This document shows positions 50,002 to 64,000 of a DNA stretch of 64,000 nt, piece by piece; the stretch's first letter is position 1; each line of letters begins with the position of its first letter. The notes beneath the pieces are model-generated. The model was given only the letters and a program-made list of their open reading frames with translations, was not told the origin of the DNA and searched no databases. The stretch lies in assembly GCF_009914755.1 (NCBI RefSeq), contig NC_060925.1. The stretch is one strand, 5' to 3'. Origin of the DNA: the human T2T-CHM13v2.0 reference genome, Homo sapiens. The position numbers and the translations under genes were made by a program.

Positions 50002-53000
50002 CTGCCACAGTTCCATGACTTTTTACGGGTGGTCCCTACTCTGTATCTCCCAAATTTCTAAGAAGCTCTGTTCCAGCCTCGTACTTGTTCACAGCTTCAC
50101 CGGACAAATAAGATATAACCCCCGCAAAGTAAACTGCCATACAAAGGCAAACAAACCCCCCAGCCAGGATGGCCCTGTGTGCTCATTCGTGACATGGGGA
50201 CTGGAGAAGAGAATGCCAGCAAGCTTCTTGATGCCCAGATGCACCCCGAACGCCACCACGGGGCTGGTCCCCCACAGGACATGCAGCGTCCAGACCTGGC
50301 CTGGGACTGCCCAGCAGACGGGGCTTGACACTGAGGGCTGTGACTGCCGCTTTCCCGAAGCGCTTCCATCCACTTCCAAGGGAGTCCAGCTGGGAGACTC
50401 AGGCACTGGAGCTGGTCTCGTGAGAAGCGCCACATGGCCCTGAGGCTGGGTGGGGATTGGTGGCCGCCGTTCGGCAGGCCTGGTGGAACTCCTCTGAGCC
50501 TGCGCACACAGGCCGGGCGACTGGCTCCCCTGAGGCCACCCATGAAACGTGGACATTCCTCAGGCAGCCAGTGGCTGTTTTCACCCAAATGGAAGCAAAG
50601 ACTGGGCTCCCTGTGCTCTCTCCAGGTGTGGGTCCCTGCTAAGAGGCAGATTGGGTGCCCACGCCCGAGGGCTTCTCACCTGACTCTGTCCCTGGGCAGA
50701 CTCGGCCACACAGCCTGGCTACTCCCCAGTCTGACACCAACAGGTCACGTCAGAACCCCAAAGCCTCTGACTTTGAACTTGGCTGCACCACGGCCTGACC
50801 CCAGATTGAAAGGGGCCAGGTCTTTGCCTGGGCATTGGCCCCTGAAGCCCATGCCAGGCATCTGATTTAGGTTCCCAGGAGCAGCAGCTGACACTCCTGC
50901 AGGGTGGGGAGGCAGGACCCTCAGGCTCCGAGCCGAAAGCAGAATCTCCAGGACCTGCTTCAGAGGCACACAGGCCTGGATGTCCTTGTGTGTGATCTAT
51001 GGGGAGCCACGAACGAGAAGCAGACAGCCCCCAGGGCTCCAGGGTCTGGCTCAGGAAAGTCACGTTTCTCCCCGCAAGTCTGCCCGGAGACCTCAGCCGC
51101 AAACTCTCCCTAACCCCGAGCTCTAGCTCTGGACGGGGCTTCTTCTCTAAATGCCAAGGCGCCATGAAGAGACACAAATGGAAAGACAGGAATGACCGCT
51201 AACAGGGAGACCAAATCCTGTCCCAAGGAGCCACCGACCAATAGCAGCTTAAACCACACAGAGCGCTTCCATCAGACGTGACCTGGCCAAGCCAGACAGG
51301 CTCTCTGAAACCCAGGGTATGCGGATGGGGAAACTGAGGCCTAGGGAGAGGCTGGTTTGGAGTGGAGGTCACCTGGGATGTTACCAGCACTGGACTTGAC
51401 TTAAGCGGGTGCAGCCAGGCCCGCACCGAGACGACAGCATCTCTTTCATCTTCCAAGGCCCATCTTCCTGGCAAGGCCCAGGTTGGCAACGCTCAGCTTT
51501 TCAGCAGGACTCAGATCCAGGGGGAGTTCGTGAGAAGGGCAGGGGTTGGGCCGAATCCACTCCTCGTGCCGGCTCCTCTCCACGCCTGCCCCGTGCCACA
51601 CTTCTCCGTGCACCCCTCATTCCCTTGGGAGAGTCTGAGGGAGGCTGGGGTCCTTGCTGCGGAGGGCACCTCTGCCCAGGCACCTCTGCTGGGCAGGGCT
51701 GCAGCTGCCTTCACTGAGCACCCATCCTTCCAGCAGCTGTGCTGTGCTCCTTCCATGATCACCCCACAGCCCTGCGGGGAGGGGATGGAGCTGTCCCTCC
51801 ATAGATATATGGGTCGTGAGCTCGGGGTGTAGCCAGCTGCTCCAAGTGTACTCAGGCTGATGGAGGGGCCCCCACTTGCCCCGACTCTGTGAACCTGGAG
51901 AGAAAGGGCCTGTCCCCAGAGGGCCTCCCTCTAACGGGGGTGATGGACAGTTCGCAGGTGGTCAGATGCGAGAGAATTCACATCGCAGAACCTGCCAGGA
52001 AAATCAATGGGACCGTGAGGACTGCTAGGTTTGGGAGGCCCGCGTTAGCCCCAGGACGGCTTCATGGGGAGGGGACGCAGGTCCCCATGTAGAGGATAAG
52101 ATGGAGCCAGCCGTGGGTAAGGGTGGACCACGCAGGATCGCAGGATGCTCCCTGGGCCCCCATGTCACGGCACTGCTGCATGGTGCTGGTGTTACCTGCT
52201 TGTAGACATGGACACCAGGCTCAGAGAGCACCACGACTGTGCCTGGGGCCCCAGGTGGTGGGTGACGTGGTATGGCTCTGCAGCAGGGCCCAACCCCAGG
52301 GGCTCAGAGAGGCAGTCCTGCAGGGAGGTGCCAGGCACGAGGGCTGCTCTTCGTGAGTCCCGAGGCAGAGGCTACTGTGTGCTCCAGCCCCCAGGGGCAA
52401 AGGCACCCGGTCCTGCCCCACTGCTCATCCTTAAAGCCTTTTCCTCACACGTGCCCATACCCTGCAGGCACCGAGTGCCACCAGCACTTGGGTCCATGAA
52501 TGGAGCAGGTCTCAGGATCGGGGCATTGTGACCATGGACATGCTGGGAGCTCTTTTTATTTCCGTGGCAAAATGTACTGTTTAGTTAGAAAACATCCAGC
52601 ACTCACCATTTCTGGTCAGCGAGTGGGAAATGAGTGGGAGGCACACACTGCATCCCCCTCAGGCTGGCCAGGCATCCTCAGGGCTCTGTGGAGGGGTCTG
52701 CACAACTTCGTGCTGGATGGCGCCTGGGTGCGGGGAGCCTCCTTCCTCTGGCTGGGCACCCCCGGTCTGGGCTCTGAGCCACAAGCTGGGGGCTGATGCA
52801 CTTTGGGGTCTCCCGGCAGCTCTAGGGTGGCAACCTGGGCTGGGATTGGGGTCAGGGGCTGTCTCAGGGAGGACATGAAGTCTCAAGGCAACATCTTAAA
52901 CCCAGGGGCAAAGGGGAAGATTTGCAGCTGTGGCCCCTTTCCACGACTTTGACATAGACAGAAGTGAGAGGCAGTCAGGGCTGCTACCTCGGGCCCCTGG

Positions 53001-56000
53001 GTCCCCTCAGGCCCAGTGCTTCCTGCTGCAGGGACCGAGGTGGCGTCCCACCTCTGTAATCACTGTCCAACTCCTGTAAAGCCAGGAACATGGGGCCAGC
53101 CCTGGCTGACCGCCCTCAATAGTAACTTCCCTGAGCTGACCGCTTCTCCTGACCTGGCTGAGAAGTGAGAAGTGGTGAGAAGAGGAATTCTCACCCCTTC
53201 ATACTGTTTTCCTCACCCAAATCTCTTGAAGGGCCCAGGCTGGCTGATGTCAGGAGAGCCCAGGCTACCCCTATTTCAGAGGTAAAGCCCAGGCTAGCCC
53301 GATGTCAGAGCAGAGCCCAGGCTAGCTCCATGCTGGGGCCTGAGCCTGGGTACTGTCCAACGTTGCGATGTTTGGTAGCACCGGGGCAGTCTGCCCTCCA
53401 CATTTCTGTACAGCCAGGGTGCAACATGGTCAGACTGGGGTGCAGCTGGGACTCGGTCAGAAACCATCTGCCCATGAAGAGTCCTCTTCCAGAATTGATT
53501 GACTGTTTCTCCAGACTTTGGGGGCCCTGGAATCAAGTGGGGAATGAGAGCCCAAATGCCACAGGTTGTGTGCTCTCTGCCTCTGGGCGCCCTGGGACCC
53601 CCGGCATCTCCACTGTGTGTCTGGTCGTGAAGGCTGAGGTCGCAGTGCCTGTGGGCCCCTTAGATTGTGGGGTTCACATGAGTTCTCGGAGGCTGCATGC
53701 TGTGGTCGTGGTGAGAAGGAGGGGCAGACCCTAGGAAAGGGGTGAAAGCCGGGCAGGGAGGGACCCCTGCAGCGGAGAGTGGACAGCATGAGGCTAGCCT
53801 GCAGGAGCTCAGGGCAAACGCCCACTCCCACCTGGCTGTGGCTGAGCAATGCCCAATGTAGCCCAGCTCCGAAGCGCAGGGAAGGAGGGGGAACGTGCGG
53901 GGGTCTGTGGGGCCAGGCCTGTGCACCCCATCCCACTCGGGCGGAGAGCAGGCGAGACAAGGAAGGAGTTCCTGACAAATTTCCCTGAGCCCCGAGAATT
54001 TTTTAGAAGTTGCCATGAGTGTGTGGGCTTCTGCGATTCTGTGGTCAGGCTGCTGTGTTTCAGGAAGTGCCGAGCAGAAGTGGTGGCACCAGCCAGCAAC
54101 GTGGTCTGGGGAAAGTGGTGGCTGCAGCCAGTGTGGTCTGTGGCTGCTGGTGACCCAGAAACAAACACCTGAGTGTGCAGGGCAAGAGGCGGGCGGGGCA
54201 CGCAGGGCAGAGCTGGGGAGGAAAAGGGGAACTCTCGCCGCCCAGGCCTGGAGCCGCGGAGGAGACAGGTGGCTGGTGGCACGGGGGCGCACAGGCAGCA
54301 GGCACCCGCCATCCCCACCCTGCCTCCACAGCTCCCAGGTGGCTCCTAAGCACCCCTTGGGCAGCCACGGAATTGTCAGAGCGGAACGACTTGGAAGTAA
54401 ATTCGAGTTAAGTGCAGCCACATCACCCTGCAGAGACGTGGGCTCCCAAGGTCAATGCTGGCCCGTGGCCCCAGCCCGTCTCAGGCCTGCTCATGCCGGA
54501 CTGGCAGCTGTTAGCTTGGCATCAGGATCCGGTCATTCAGAGGGCAGTTTGGGCACAGGAGTGCAGACATGGCTGCCCTTCTAAGCCCCCAGCAGGTTCA
54601 GAGCCAGGGCCGGGACGCTATAAAGCTTGGCCGTCACTTCCACTGGGCCCTGGAGAGCTGTGATGAGGAGGTGACTTTCATGCTGATGACCAGGAATATG
54701 TTTTGCTTATTGGTGTGAACAGACTCCTTTCACAGAACACGCAGACATTCTGTGAGCACCGGCCCAGCAAGCAGTGTCAGTGGCTGCGCCGTTCCTGCTT
54801 AAATGAGCAAGGCCTTCGGGTGCTTCCCGGCCTCCCTGGACTCCCTGCAGCCAGGGAGGTGGGGCCTTGTCCCTGCTGCGGTTGCCGAGGGACTCTGGGT
54901 GGGAAGGAGGGGGTCTGCATGAGTGCCAGGTGTGTCTTCCTTCCTGGTCTTTTCCGACGTGGATGGAGCCACACAGCCCGGAACCCCGGTGCTCGTGACC
55001 GAGACCTTCTCACAGCTGCATGGGGGAATTGCCCGTGCTGGGCGAGATGAAGCCAGCAGGAGGGGACGGCTCTGTTGCCCTGGCCTACTCCCCGGTTGGG
55101 GAGATGATGAGCCAGGCTTGTCCTGACGGGGCACTGGCCCAGGCGAGCAGCCAGGGGTCTCCCAGGGCCCTGCCCACCTGCCTGTGATGAGAAGGCCCCT
55201 CTCCAGCTCAGTGCGTGAAAAGCCAGGCTGGAGCTCCACCTCCCCAACCGCCAGTCCAAACCATGCTGGCACTTGGTGACCAGGCCTCAGCCAGCAGCCC
55301 TGCAGCTGGGTTGAGGTGGCCCAGGGCTGTCCAGGGAGGTAGCCGAGAAGAGGGCTGCGGAGAAAGTGGAGTAGCAAACAACTCGGTGTGTCTCCAGGGG
55401 TGCTGGGTGCCGCTGGGGTGCCAGATGTCATGGGCTCAGACCTACCCTCATGGGTCAGATGGACAGTGGTATCCCCCTCCTGGGGTGGGGGGCACTCCTA
55501 AGGCAGAAAACCCATAGGACCTGGAGCACAGCCCTGTGCGGCTGTGTCCCGGGGCAGCCCAAGCACTGCGTGGTGCCTCATGGGGGGCCGGGCTCAGCTG
55601 CTGGTCCTCCCTAGTGCCCCCTGGACTCAGCTTCCACATCCACAGGATTGACAGGACGGTCTCCTCCTTCAGATGCCCTAGGGACCCCTGTGCTGCCCTG
55701 AGACACAGCCACCCCAAGACGCAGCCTCACAGTGTGTGCCGTGGGCAGCCTCTGGCCTCGGCCAGGAGGGTAGGATTTGAGGGGGGCAGGGGTCAGTGTG
55801 GGAGATGACTCTGTGGAGTTGGGGGTGATGTATGGGGGTCCATCTGCCCCTTGGAATGCCCTGGGGGCTGCTTGGGGTGCCCCAGGGGAGCCTCATATCA
55901 CAGCTCACTGTGCGGGTCCTCATGCTCAGAGGGTGGCCTTTGCCTGCAGCATGGACTCGAGGTCCGCTCAGCATCTGACAGGGGTCTGGGGCCAGTGGAA

Positions 56001-59000
56001 CGTCACACTCCCTCCCTCCCTGTCTCTCCTCCTCCAAACGGCTCAGTGGGCCCTGGCTGGGACACCCCACTTTCCTGCAAAGCCCTCGGGACCTGCCCCC
56101 TAACAGTCCTGGCTGCCTGTCACCCCTGGGGCCCTGGTGCCTGTCTATTTGGGGTGCAGGGTACGCACCCCATGCTTAGAATGTTCTGGACCCCAGGAAG
56201 GCCCCGGTGCTTTGAACCCCCATGTGGGCAGGAACCTCGGCTTTCCTGCTCCTCTTCCTCCTTATCTGCCTTCTTTCCTGCCTCTCCCTGAGTTCTCAAA
56301 CCTCCCTGCTCATGGCAGTTCCCCACAAGGCAGCCTCCTCGCTGTCCTGTCCTCTCTAGCCCCAGAACCCCGCGGGCCCCTTCCTCACGTCTCCTGCCCG
56401 CAGGACCCCCAGGAGGCTCTGTGCACCATCCCTTGTCCACGCTCTCCCCTGGCCAAGTCGGAGCCATAGGGGAAGGAATGAGGTCATGGGAGGGGAGGCG
56501 ACTGGGCCTGAATGCAGAGGGAGAGGGTCTGTGTTTCGAATCCACACCTTGTGGCTGATGCTGGAAACCACTGGCAAAGCCTGAGCTTCCCCTCTGCACC
56601 TGCCTCTTCCTCTTTTGCCGGCTGGGGCACATTCCCTCCCTCAGTGCCTTGCCGCCTGTGTGTTGAAAGGTCGTGAGGGAGGGACGCCAGGGACTCCCTC
56701 TCCTGCCCCTGGACCAGCGAGGAAGACGGCCCCGTCCCAGGGCTGCTGAGCCCTCCAAGGCTTCCGGAGCAGGGGTGGATGGTGAGTGGGCCCTCTCCCT
56801 ACGAGAGCCGAGCAGGGTGGGTGTGCTGTGGCCCTCATCTTCCTCAGTTTTCCCAGTGCCTGTCTTTCCTTGTGCCAAGGACGGGAGTCTGGGCGGCTTC
56901 TGCCCACCACCAGGTGAGACAGCTCCGTGGTTTCTAGGAAGAAGCCACCCGTGGAACCATGTAGGTGATTTCGTGCCCATTTAAAACTACGCCGAGGCTG
57001 CTCTCTGTGCCCCTTCTCTCCCAGGCTTTCCAGTAGAGTCTCGGCTCCCTCTGGGAGCCACCTGCTGCAGCCATGGGTGCATCGGGTGCGTGTGCTCCTG
57101 GGGGACCCTTTTGCTGGGGCTGGGGTCAGACAGCGCTTCACCCAGGCCGGGATTCTAGGGAGAGCGGTGCCGAGAAGTTGCCCTCGTAGCCAAGGTCATG
57201 GGCAAGGTTAAGGGCAGAGCTGAGGAGCCTCTCTCTGTACCCACAGCTGGAAGGGGTTCAGCTGTGTACAAAAGTTTTGGTCTCTGACGGGTCATCTGTT
57301 GTCCGTGTGACCTGCCTCGGACAAATTTCCCAATTCCTCTGAGTACAGAAAGGACGTGACGGTGTCTGCCTGGCAGGGCTGCCGAGGGCTGCATCTCCAA
57401 AGGACCTGGTGGTGCCCAGCACACTCTGGGCTTCCAGTGAGCAGAGTCATTGTGCATAACAACAGTGGCCAGGCTGCCGCCCCGTGCCCTGACCTGGCGT
57501 CTCCCCGCAGGTGAATGGTGGTAGGTGCTGGTCAGGGTCCCCTCATTCCATACAGGCCAGAAGCCAGCACCAGCCAACATCACACGGTGATGAACTTAAA
57601 AATGAATTCTTCTCCACTCGCACCTCCAAAAGCTCAGCCTCCAGTGACCCCTCCTGGCCCTGCCCTCTCATCTCCAGCCTGGAGATTCCCGCCCCACAGC
57701 CCCTCTGGGGGTCTTGGCCTCAGCAGCTGTTCTTCCTACCATGGAGGGAGGCAGAGACAGGGGCAGCCACAGGGTCTCCCCGAGGCCTGGGAAGGTTCCT
57801 CAGGAAGCCAGGTGTGAGGGGGCGGGAGGCAGCGCCTTCTGTTTGGCCTCGTGTAGAGAGATCCCAGGGGGGCCCAAGCATGCAGGGATGGGAGGCAGGT
57901 GCAGCAGACGCCCCTCGAGCTGGAGGAGGCACAGGGTGCAGGAAAGACCCAGGAGGCAGAATTCTGCCATGCCTGCTGTCCCCACCCGTCCCCTCTTCTT
58001 GTCCTGTCCCTGTGACCTCAGGCACAGTCCCTGTCTGCAACAGGGCAGGTGTCCAATGGTGCTCCTCCAGCAGGACTGGAAACTGCCCCCGCCCCTCTCC
58101 CTCCTTTGCCCGCCCTTGTGCGGCTCCTTCCCAGTCTGTAAAGGGCACTGAGGCCTCCTGTCAGTGTGCTGGGGGCTGAGCCTTCACTGAGCCGTGTGGA
58201 ATCCTCTGCAGGTGAGAAGCTCCCAGTCAAGGGCCCTGAGAGTCCCTCCAGGCTCATGGGGCTGGATCCAGTTCCCCACCCTGGGTCTGGAAAATCCTTC
58301 TCCCGGGCTGCACCCTGCACCAGCCTCAGCCCAGTGGGTTTTCTTGGGGCCGGCTCCCTGCTCCCTGCTCCTGGGTGTCAACTCTTGGGCGAGGTCACCC
58401 TCACTGCCCACTGGGGGGTTGCGGAGTGGCGAGCTGGCAAGGGGCTTAATGGTCAGAAAGACCAGCTGTGTCTGGCCCAGGGTCCCACTTGTCTCCCCCA
58501 CTCACCGCTCCACCCAGGTGCTTCCCCCAGACTCCCATCCAGCTGGGGAGAGGGACATCCCTGCAGCCAGAGAGGTTCCCCCATGGGTGAAGGTCCGACC
58601 CAGAGCCTGGCCTCCCTGGGCTTCGAGACCCCAGGCAAAGCCACAGAAAGGAAGTGCCCCAGGGAGCGTGGCCACTGCACTGGACCCCCGCCTTCTAAAA
58701 TGCCTCAGTTTCTCTGGGGGATAAAACTGCTTCTCCTGAGGTCTACACGGGGGTGCTGTTAGTTCAAAGGAACAAGGGGGTTTTCAGTCTTCTGGACAGG
58801 CCCGGGGGCTTCCCTCTGATGCCCTTGCTGCTCCAGCCCTGCAGAGCTGGCTGCCTCCTTGGGCTCCTGGGCGCTGCATACCCACTGTCCTTAGCTGCCT
58901 GCTGCATGGTCCTGCAGGCGAGGCTGTGTCCCAGCCATGGTGCTGCCTCCACCTCCCCACCAAGGACCCGGCAAATGCTGCTTCTCAGTGCCCGTTGAGT

Positions 59001-62000
59001 GGCTGAGCGGCCTCACTGAGGAGGGCGAGAAAAGGAGCTGGTCCATCCCTGGCTGAGTAGGAGGGTTGGGCCACCCACTCCATCAAGCCCCATCGAGGGG
59101 ACCCAGAGCGGTGGGGGCCGTGTGGGAGCGCTGAGAAGCAAGCTCCTCTGGGAATCCAGGTCGCCTGCAATGAGGGTTCTCAAATGGGCTTCCTGGGGGC
59201 TCCACACATGGCCCCTGGGGTGCTGGACCCAGGTTGAGGGCAGCTCGGTCAGCCCTTCAGCTGTGGACTGCCCGTCTGACCAACCCAGTTCTAGCCTTGG
59301 CTCCGCCACCTCCCACTGAGGGACCCCGAATGAGTCCTCAAACTGCCTAGAACTCCTATTCCTGTAACATACAGACAGTGACGACCACCTGGCAGGGCTG
59401 CCAAGGGGCCGGGAGAGATGTGTGCCCGCTATGTGGCTTCAGCTACACCAATAACCAGCCTCACGGAGGCCCCGGAGCCCCGGATGCTCAGCACGGGGTC
59501 CCCAACACCATTGGTAAATGACTAGCTGAGCATTAAACAAGGCCGGTGGGGGGCAAGGGTCCTGGCATCCTGCGGGCGGCTCCTGGGGACTGGCTGGTGC
59601 TGGGCTGTGAATGTTTTGGGGTGCTCAGAAATATTCCAGGCACATCACAGAGAGAGGTGCTCCCTGATCCCAGGCCTGCCAGCACGTGCCGAGTGCAGTG
59701 GGTCACAGAGACAAGCATGAGCTCATTAGGAACTTGGGGAGCAGGCTCACCGCTGTAGGCTGGGGCCACCCACCAGGCCGCCATGGCAGGTATGTTGGAA
59801 GATGAGCATCAGAGACCGTTTAAGAGAAAACACTCCCAGCGTCCCTTATATGGGAGGAAATGCAGGTGCTGAAGAGTGAACCGTCGTGGGAGTGGGTGAG
59901 ATGGCGCCCCCTCCTTCTCCACCTCCTTCCAGTGCAGCTACAGAGGACCTGAAGGCTCTCATGGACAAAGATGGGCCAGAAATCGGGGGTCGGTGGCAAG
60001 CAAGGGCTGCCCCCAGGAGGCACCTATGAGATGGAGGCCACTGGGCTCGGCACCCCTGGGTGAGGGAGCCGTAGAGGAGCCTGCTCCTCTAAGCCCTGTC
60101 CTCTGAGGGGCGTGGAGAGGCCCGGCACTGCCCTGTGGGTCTCTGACAGGTGGCCGTCCCCTGGCATCTGTGGGAAGGAAGGGCCCTGCCCTCCCCTGAG
60201 GCCTTTGGTCTTCCTCCCTGGCTGGAGAGGTGGGGACCAGAGTAGAGCTTGCCCCCTGCCCGCTCTGTGACGTGGCCCCAGTGCCCACTCTCTGGGAAGG
60301 AGGTAGATGGATGCCTGTAGCAGCAACGCCACATCACAGACCCGTTCGCTCTTCATAAAACGCAGAGTGACTTTCGGCTGCTTTAGCTCCTGTCTTTAGG
60401 TCCTCTACTGGGTCCTCTCTTCCAGTGGGTGGCTGAGCCGCTTCCCCATCCTTGGCCGTGGGTGGTGGCCTGGGACATGGATGGGTCTTTAGGACATGAT
60501 GGCTGGGGTGTGGGGCAGGTGAGCTGCTCTCTATGGAGCCCCTGCAGAACCTCCACGCCCTGCCCTCAGTGGACGGGGCCTCTGCTGGGGCCTCCTGAGG
60601 CATCCCACAGGCCTGGAGAAGCGAGCTCCAGGCACGGCCCATGGTCCTCCCAAGCACCCCCAGTTCCCGAGGGGCATTTGACGCTGCCGCCTGGAGCCCC
60701 CCATGTAACCCGTTTGCCCAGGGAGGAGCTTTCCCCGAGTGAGGTTCCCGTGAGGAAGATAGATACACCCACACACGCCCTATAGGGCTGGTGGGTCCTG
60801 TGGGGTGGAATGTGGGGCAGGAGGACCTGGGCTGACTCAGCACAGCTGGATCCAGCTGTGGGGCCATGAGAGTGGAAGGTGAGAGATAAATGTGGCCTGG
60901 AAAGGGAGGTGCCACAAGTACCCACGACGGCTGTGCCGAAGCCCCCGGGGAGGAGCTTGTTCAAGGTGACGGGTGGCACTTGGTCATGTGGGTGCTGGCT
61001 GACATTCTGCCCGGGAGGCCTGGAGGAGGGGGCATTGGAGGGGGTGGGTGTCCGGCTGAGGACAGGGGCTGCTCCCTAATGGGGGATGCCCTCGGCGGGA
61101 GTGGATGCTGCTGGGCCCCAGGTATGTCCCCATCTCGCCCGGCTGGCACACCAGGATGCCGTGGGAAGCCTCCTCGCTGTGCCCCTTCGGTCTGGGGAAC
61201 AGAGACTGTGCCACGATGAGCTCAGCTCTCCTCCTGCTCCTCCTCCCTCTGGCCCCAGCGGACGAGCAAACACTCTTCCCGAGAGATAGTGGCTCCCATC
61301 CAACGCACCTCAGCTAATCACCAGCCATCGTGGGAAAAGCCTGAGATGAGGGCCGCGAGGCAGTGCATTGTCTAGGGGAGATTAAAGCCCCAGGGCCGTA
61401 TTGTCTGGCCAGGGGATAAATCTTCGCGCTGTCACTCAGGCACTGAATTAAATTCCCCCTCGTTTTCTAAAGGGGCTTATCTGTCCTGAATGGGCAGCCG
61501 CACCACCAGCGTGAGCGGACGTCCCAGCACCTTTGGGACAGGCTGGGGGAGCGGCGGCCATCGGGGAAGGGGACACGGGGCCTGGAGAGGCCACAGAATC
61601 CTGGCACAGGAGGGCAGGCTTGGCCTGAGCTCTGTCTGTCTGCTTCCTTGACACTGTGCAAGGAGGAGCCAGGGCACCCGTGGGGGTCTCTGCTCCGGGC
61701 CAGGCAGAGCCGGAAGCCACCAAGTGAGGGAACAGAACTTGGCAAGGTCAGAGGACCAGCCAGGGGTGGGGAAAAATGGCATATGTCCTCAGGGCAGCTT
61801 GAGGCTGAGAAGGAATGCCGGCCCAGCTCAGCAGGAGTGATCTGGAGCTTTCTATGTATGGTGACATCCGTGTTAGGGCAAGACTGGGAAGACCACCCGT
61901 TCTTGTCTCCCCCACCCGGAGACCCCCAGTCCCAGCTGGAGCTAGTGCTAGAGTCCTGGGCTGGGGCACAGTCTTTGCTGTCTGGGGGCCAGCCGAAAAG

Positions 62001-63197
62001 CACAGCCCCTCCAAGGAAGGAGAGTTCACACGGGTGGTTTTTCAACATTCTCAGCAACAGGACTCCTTTCTAACCCCAACCTTGTGTGGGGTCCTGATTT
62101 ACAAAACCAAGGAAGGCAGAGTTGGGGAGGATGCCCCGGCCACAGCTAAGTCTCAGGCTGAACAGCCTCATTCAATGCTCCCAGGAGCCCCATTTCGCAG
62201 TGGAGAACCCAGAGCTCAGAGAGGGTGGGCAGTGAGTCCAGCCGCACAGGGAGCCAGGTAGAGGTGGCGCCACCACCCAGGCCTCCCCAGCGGGGCTGGG
62301 AGGGGACTCAGGGGAGGGAGGACCTGCCAGCACCTGGCTACCTCCTAGCTGTCCCCTCTGGTTTCCCTGGGGCTTCTTGGCTCAGGCCAGACTCCTACAG
62401 CAGTCTTCCAGGATGGAGTCCTGGAATAAAAGCTGTCATGGGAAGCCACCTCTGGGGTCCTCATGGGCTGGGGCCCACTGGTGGGATCTTAGCTGAGAGT
62501 TTCAGCTATGAATCCTCAAAACCGCATCCCCATCCCTGAGCTGCAGGTGGGCCCCCTCTGGCATCCCGGCCTAGACAGGACGGCTGGATCTGAAGTGTCC
62601 TGCATTTCCATCTCTGGGCATTTGGGGAAGTGCTCATGGGGTTTTCTGCACTGTGCATGGAGTTTGCCCTCGGAGACAGGCTTTAATATGCTTTTATGGC
62701 CCTTTCTGGCTTTGCAGTTATCTCCAGCTGCTCCTCTGAAGGACCAAAACCATTGCCTGAACAAGGAGACCTGTACCTGTTACCAGATTCTCAGTGAGCA
62801 AAACAGCCTGCCCACTGGGGCCCCTGCGGAAGGGACTCTGGAAGGGCTGGGACCATCTGCTTCCTACCCCATATGTGGCTGCTCTCCTTCCTGCTCCAGA
62901 GCAGATGCTCAGGTGGGAGGTGGCCCTGCTGCTCTGGAGGTCAGAGTAGCCCAACCTCAGGGTCACCTGACAGCCCCGGTGATGTGAGTCTGAATGTATC
63001 ATTTCCTTCAAATCTTCCTCTCCCTAAAACTAGAAGATGTGATCCTGTGTGCACAGAGGCGTTCACAGGAACTCAGGTTCCTCCCAGTCTGGGGTGCAAA
63101 TACGTTCAATGGGTCCTCCTCTACTACTGCTGGACCTGGGGCCACCGCAGCAGCAAAGTCAGGAGAGATGGGCAGCTCCATCTCCGACCACCACGCC

Positions 63198-63533
63198 TGT
63201 CCTGGTGAGCTGGGGCGGCTGTAACCAAGTACCTCGGACCACAGACTGGGCAGCTTAGACAGCAGGAGTTTGTTTTTTCAAAACAAAGGGTCCCCGTGGT
63301 GCTGTTTGCTCCTGAGGCCCCTCTTGGGCCCTGTCTTCTGCCTGTGTCTTCACATGGTCATCCCTTTGCATCTGCATCCTCATCTTCTAAGGGCACCCGT
63401 CCTATTGGATTAGGGCCCGTCCTAATGACCTCCCTTTACCTTAGTCGTCTCTTTAGAGACCCTCTCGCCAAACGCATTCTGAGCTCCTGGGGTTAGGGCT
63501 TCGCCTGTGAATTTGAGGGGACCCAGTGCCCTT
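63198..63533 (-). mobile_element. MLT1-type (MaLR) LTR, degenerate
   Basis: gctgtaaccaagtacc..cagactgggcagctta...ttggattagggccc..cctaatgacctc...ggttagggcttc. Confidence 0.75.
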
Positions 63534-64000
63534 CCTCGAAATGTCGTGTTGACTGGCAGTGGCTCTTTGTTCCGGGTCTCTGAGCATGACTGTTAGTGAT
63601 AACCTCGCATACCGCCAAAAACACCAGCCCCTGAGGGGTGGTGCAGAAACACCTGTGGAGGGTGCCCAGGCCATTGGGCATCGCCTTAAGCAGGTGTGCA
63701 GGGCAGGAGGGGACGAGAGTTCTGTAACTGGCATGCACGCACCATTCTGAGAAGCCGCATGAGCTTAAAGAGAGGCCTCAAACCTGAGAGGCGTCCCTGG
63801 AAACCAGGGCTGCTCTGGAGTGCACAATTTTTCCCATTTTTGTGGGGTTGAGCCTTTTCAATAAGATTTCAAGAGAATAAAATCCACAGGCCCCAGGGAA
63901 TTTGCATACGGCTACTTAACATCAATTCTGTATGTTTTTTAAAAAATAAAGAAATAAACACATCCACAAACTTCCCCATCCACAGGGCGGGACTACCCTG

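Overview
Mammalian (human-type, Alu-containing) genomic DNA that I recognise as the 5' end of the PRDM16 locus (1p36). The only coding sequence I can support is PRDM16 exon 1 (29301-29337, MRSKARARKLAK|S, followed by a GTAAGT donor). It sits in a large CpG island that also acts as a bidirectional promoter for the divergent lncRNA PRDM16-DT/LINC00982 (minus strand, about 19.66-27.77 kb, with matching AATAAA signals). Bases 1-19.3 kb are dense in transposon relics: nested L1, an internally deleted Tigger1, Alus, MST/MLT1 LTRs and L2. The rest is the start of intron 1, GC-rich and almost free of young transposons, with short AT-rich homeodomain-motif islands and a few minisatellites. Nearly all ORFs in the supplied track are GC-composition or repeat artefacts. 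I see no CRISPR, prokaryotic or clearly new protein-coding system. The most promising leads are regulatory: a 5'-leader element that I recall is shared with the paralog MECOM/MDS1 and carries a tiny uORF, an out-of-frame upstream ORF overlapping the PRDM16 start codon, an IRF/PRDM1-type site just inside intron 1, and candidate enhancer islands. Repeat subfamily calls and boundaries are by eye and approximate.
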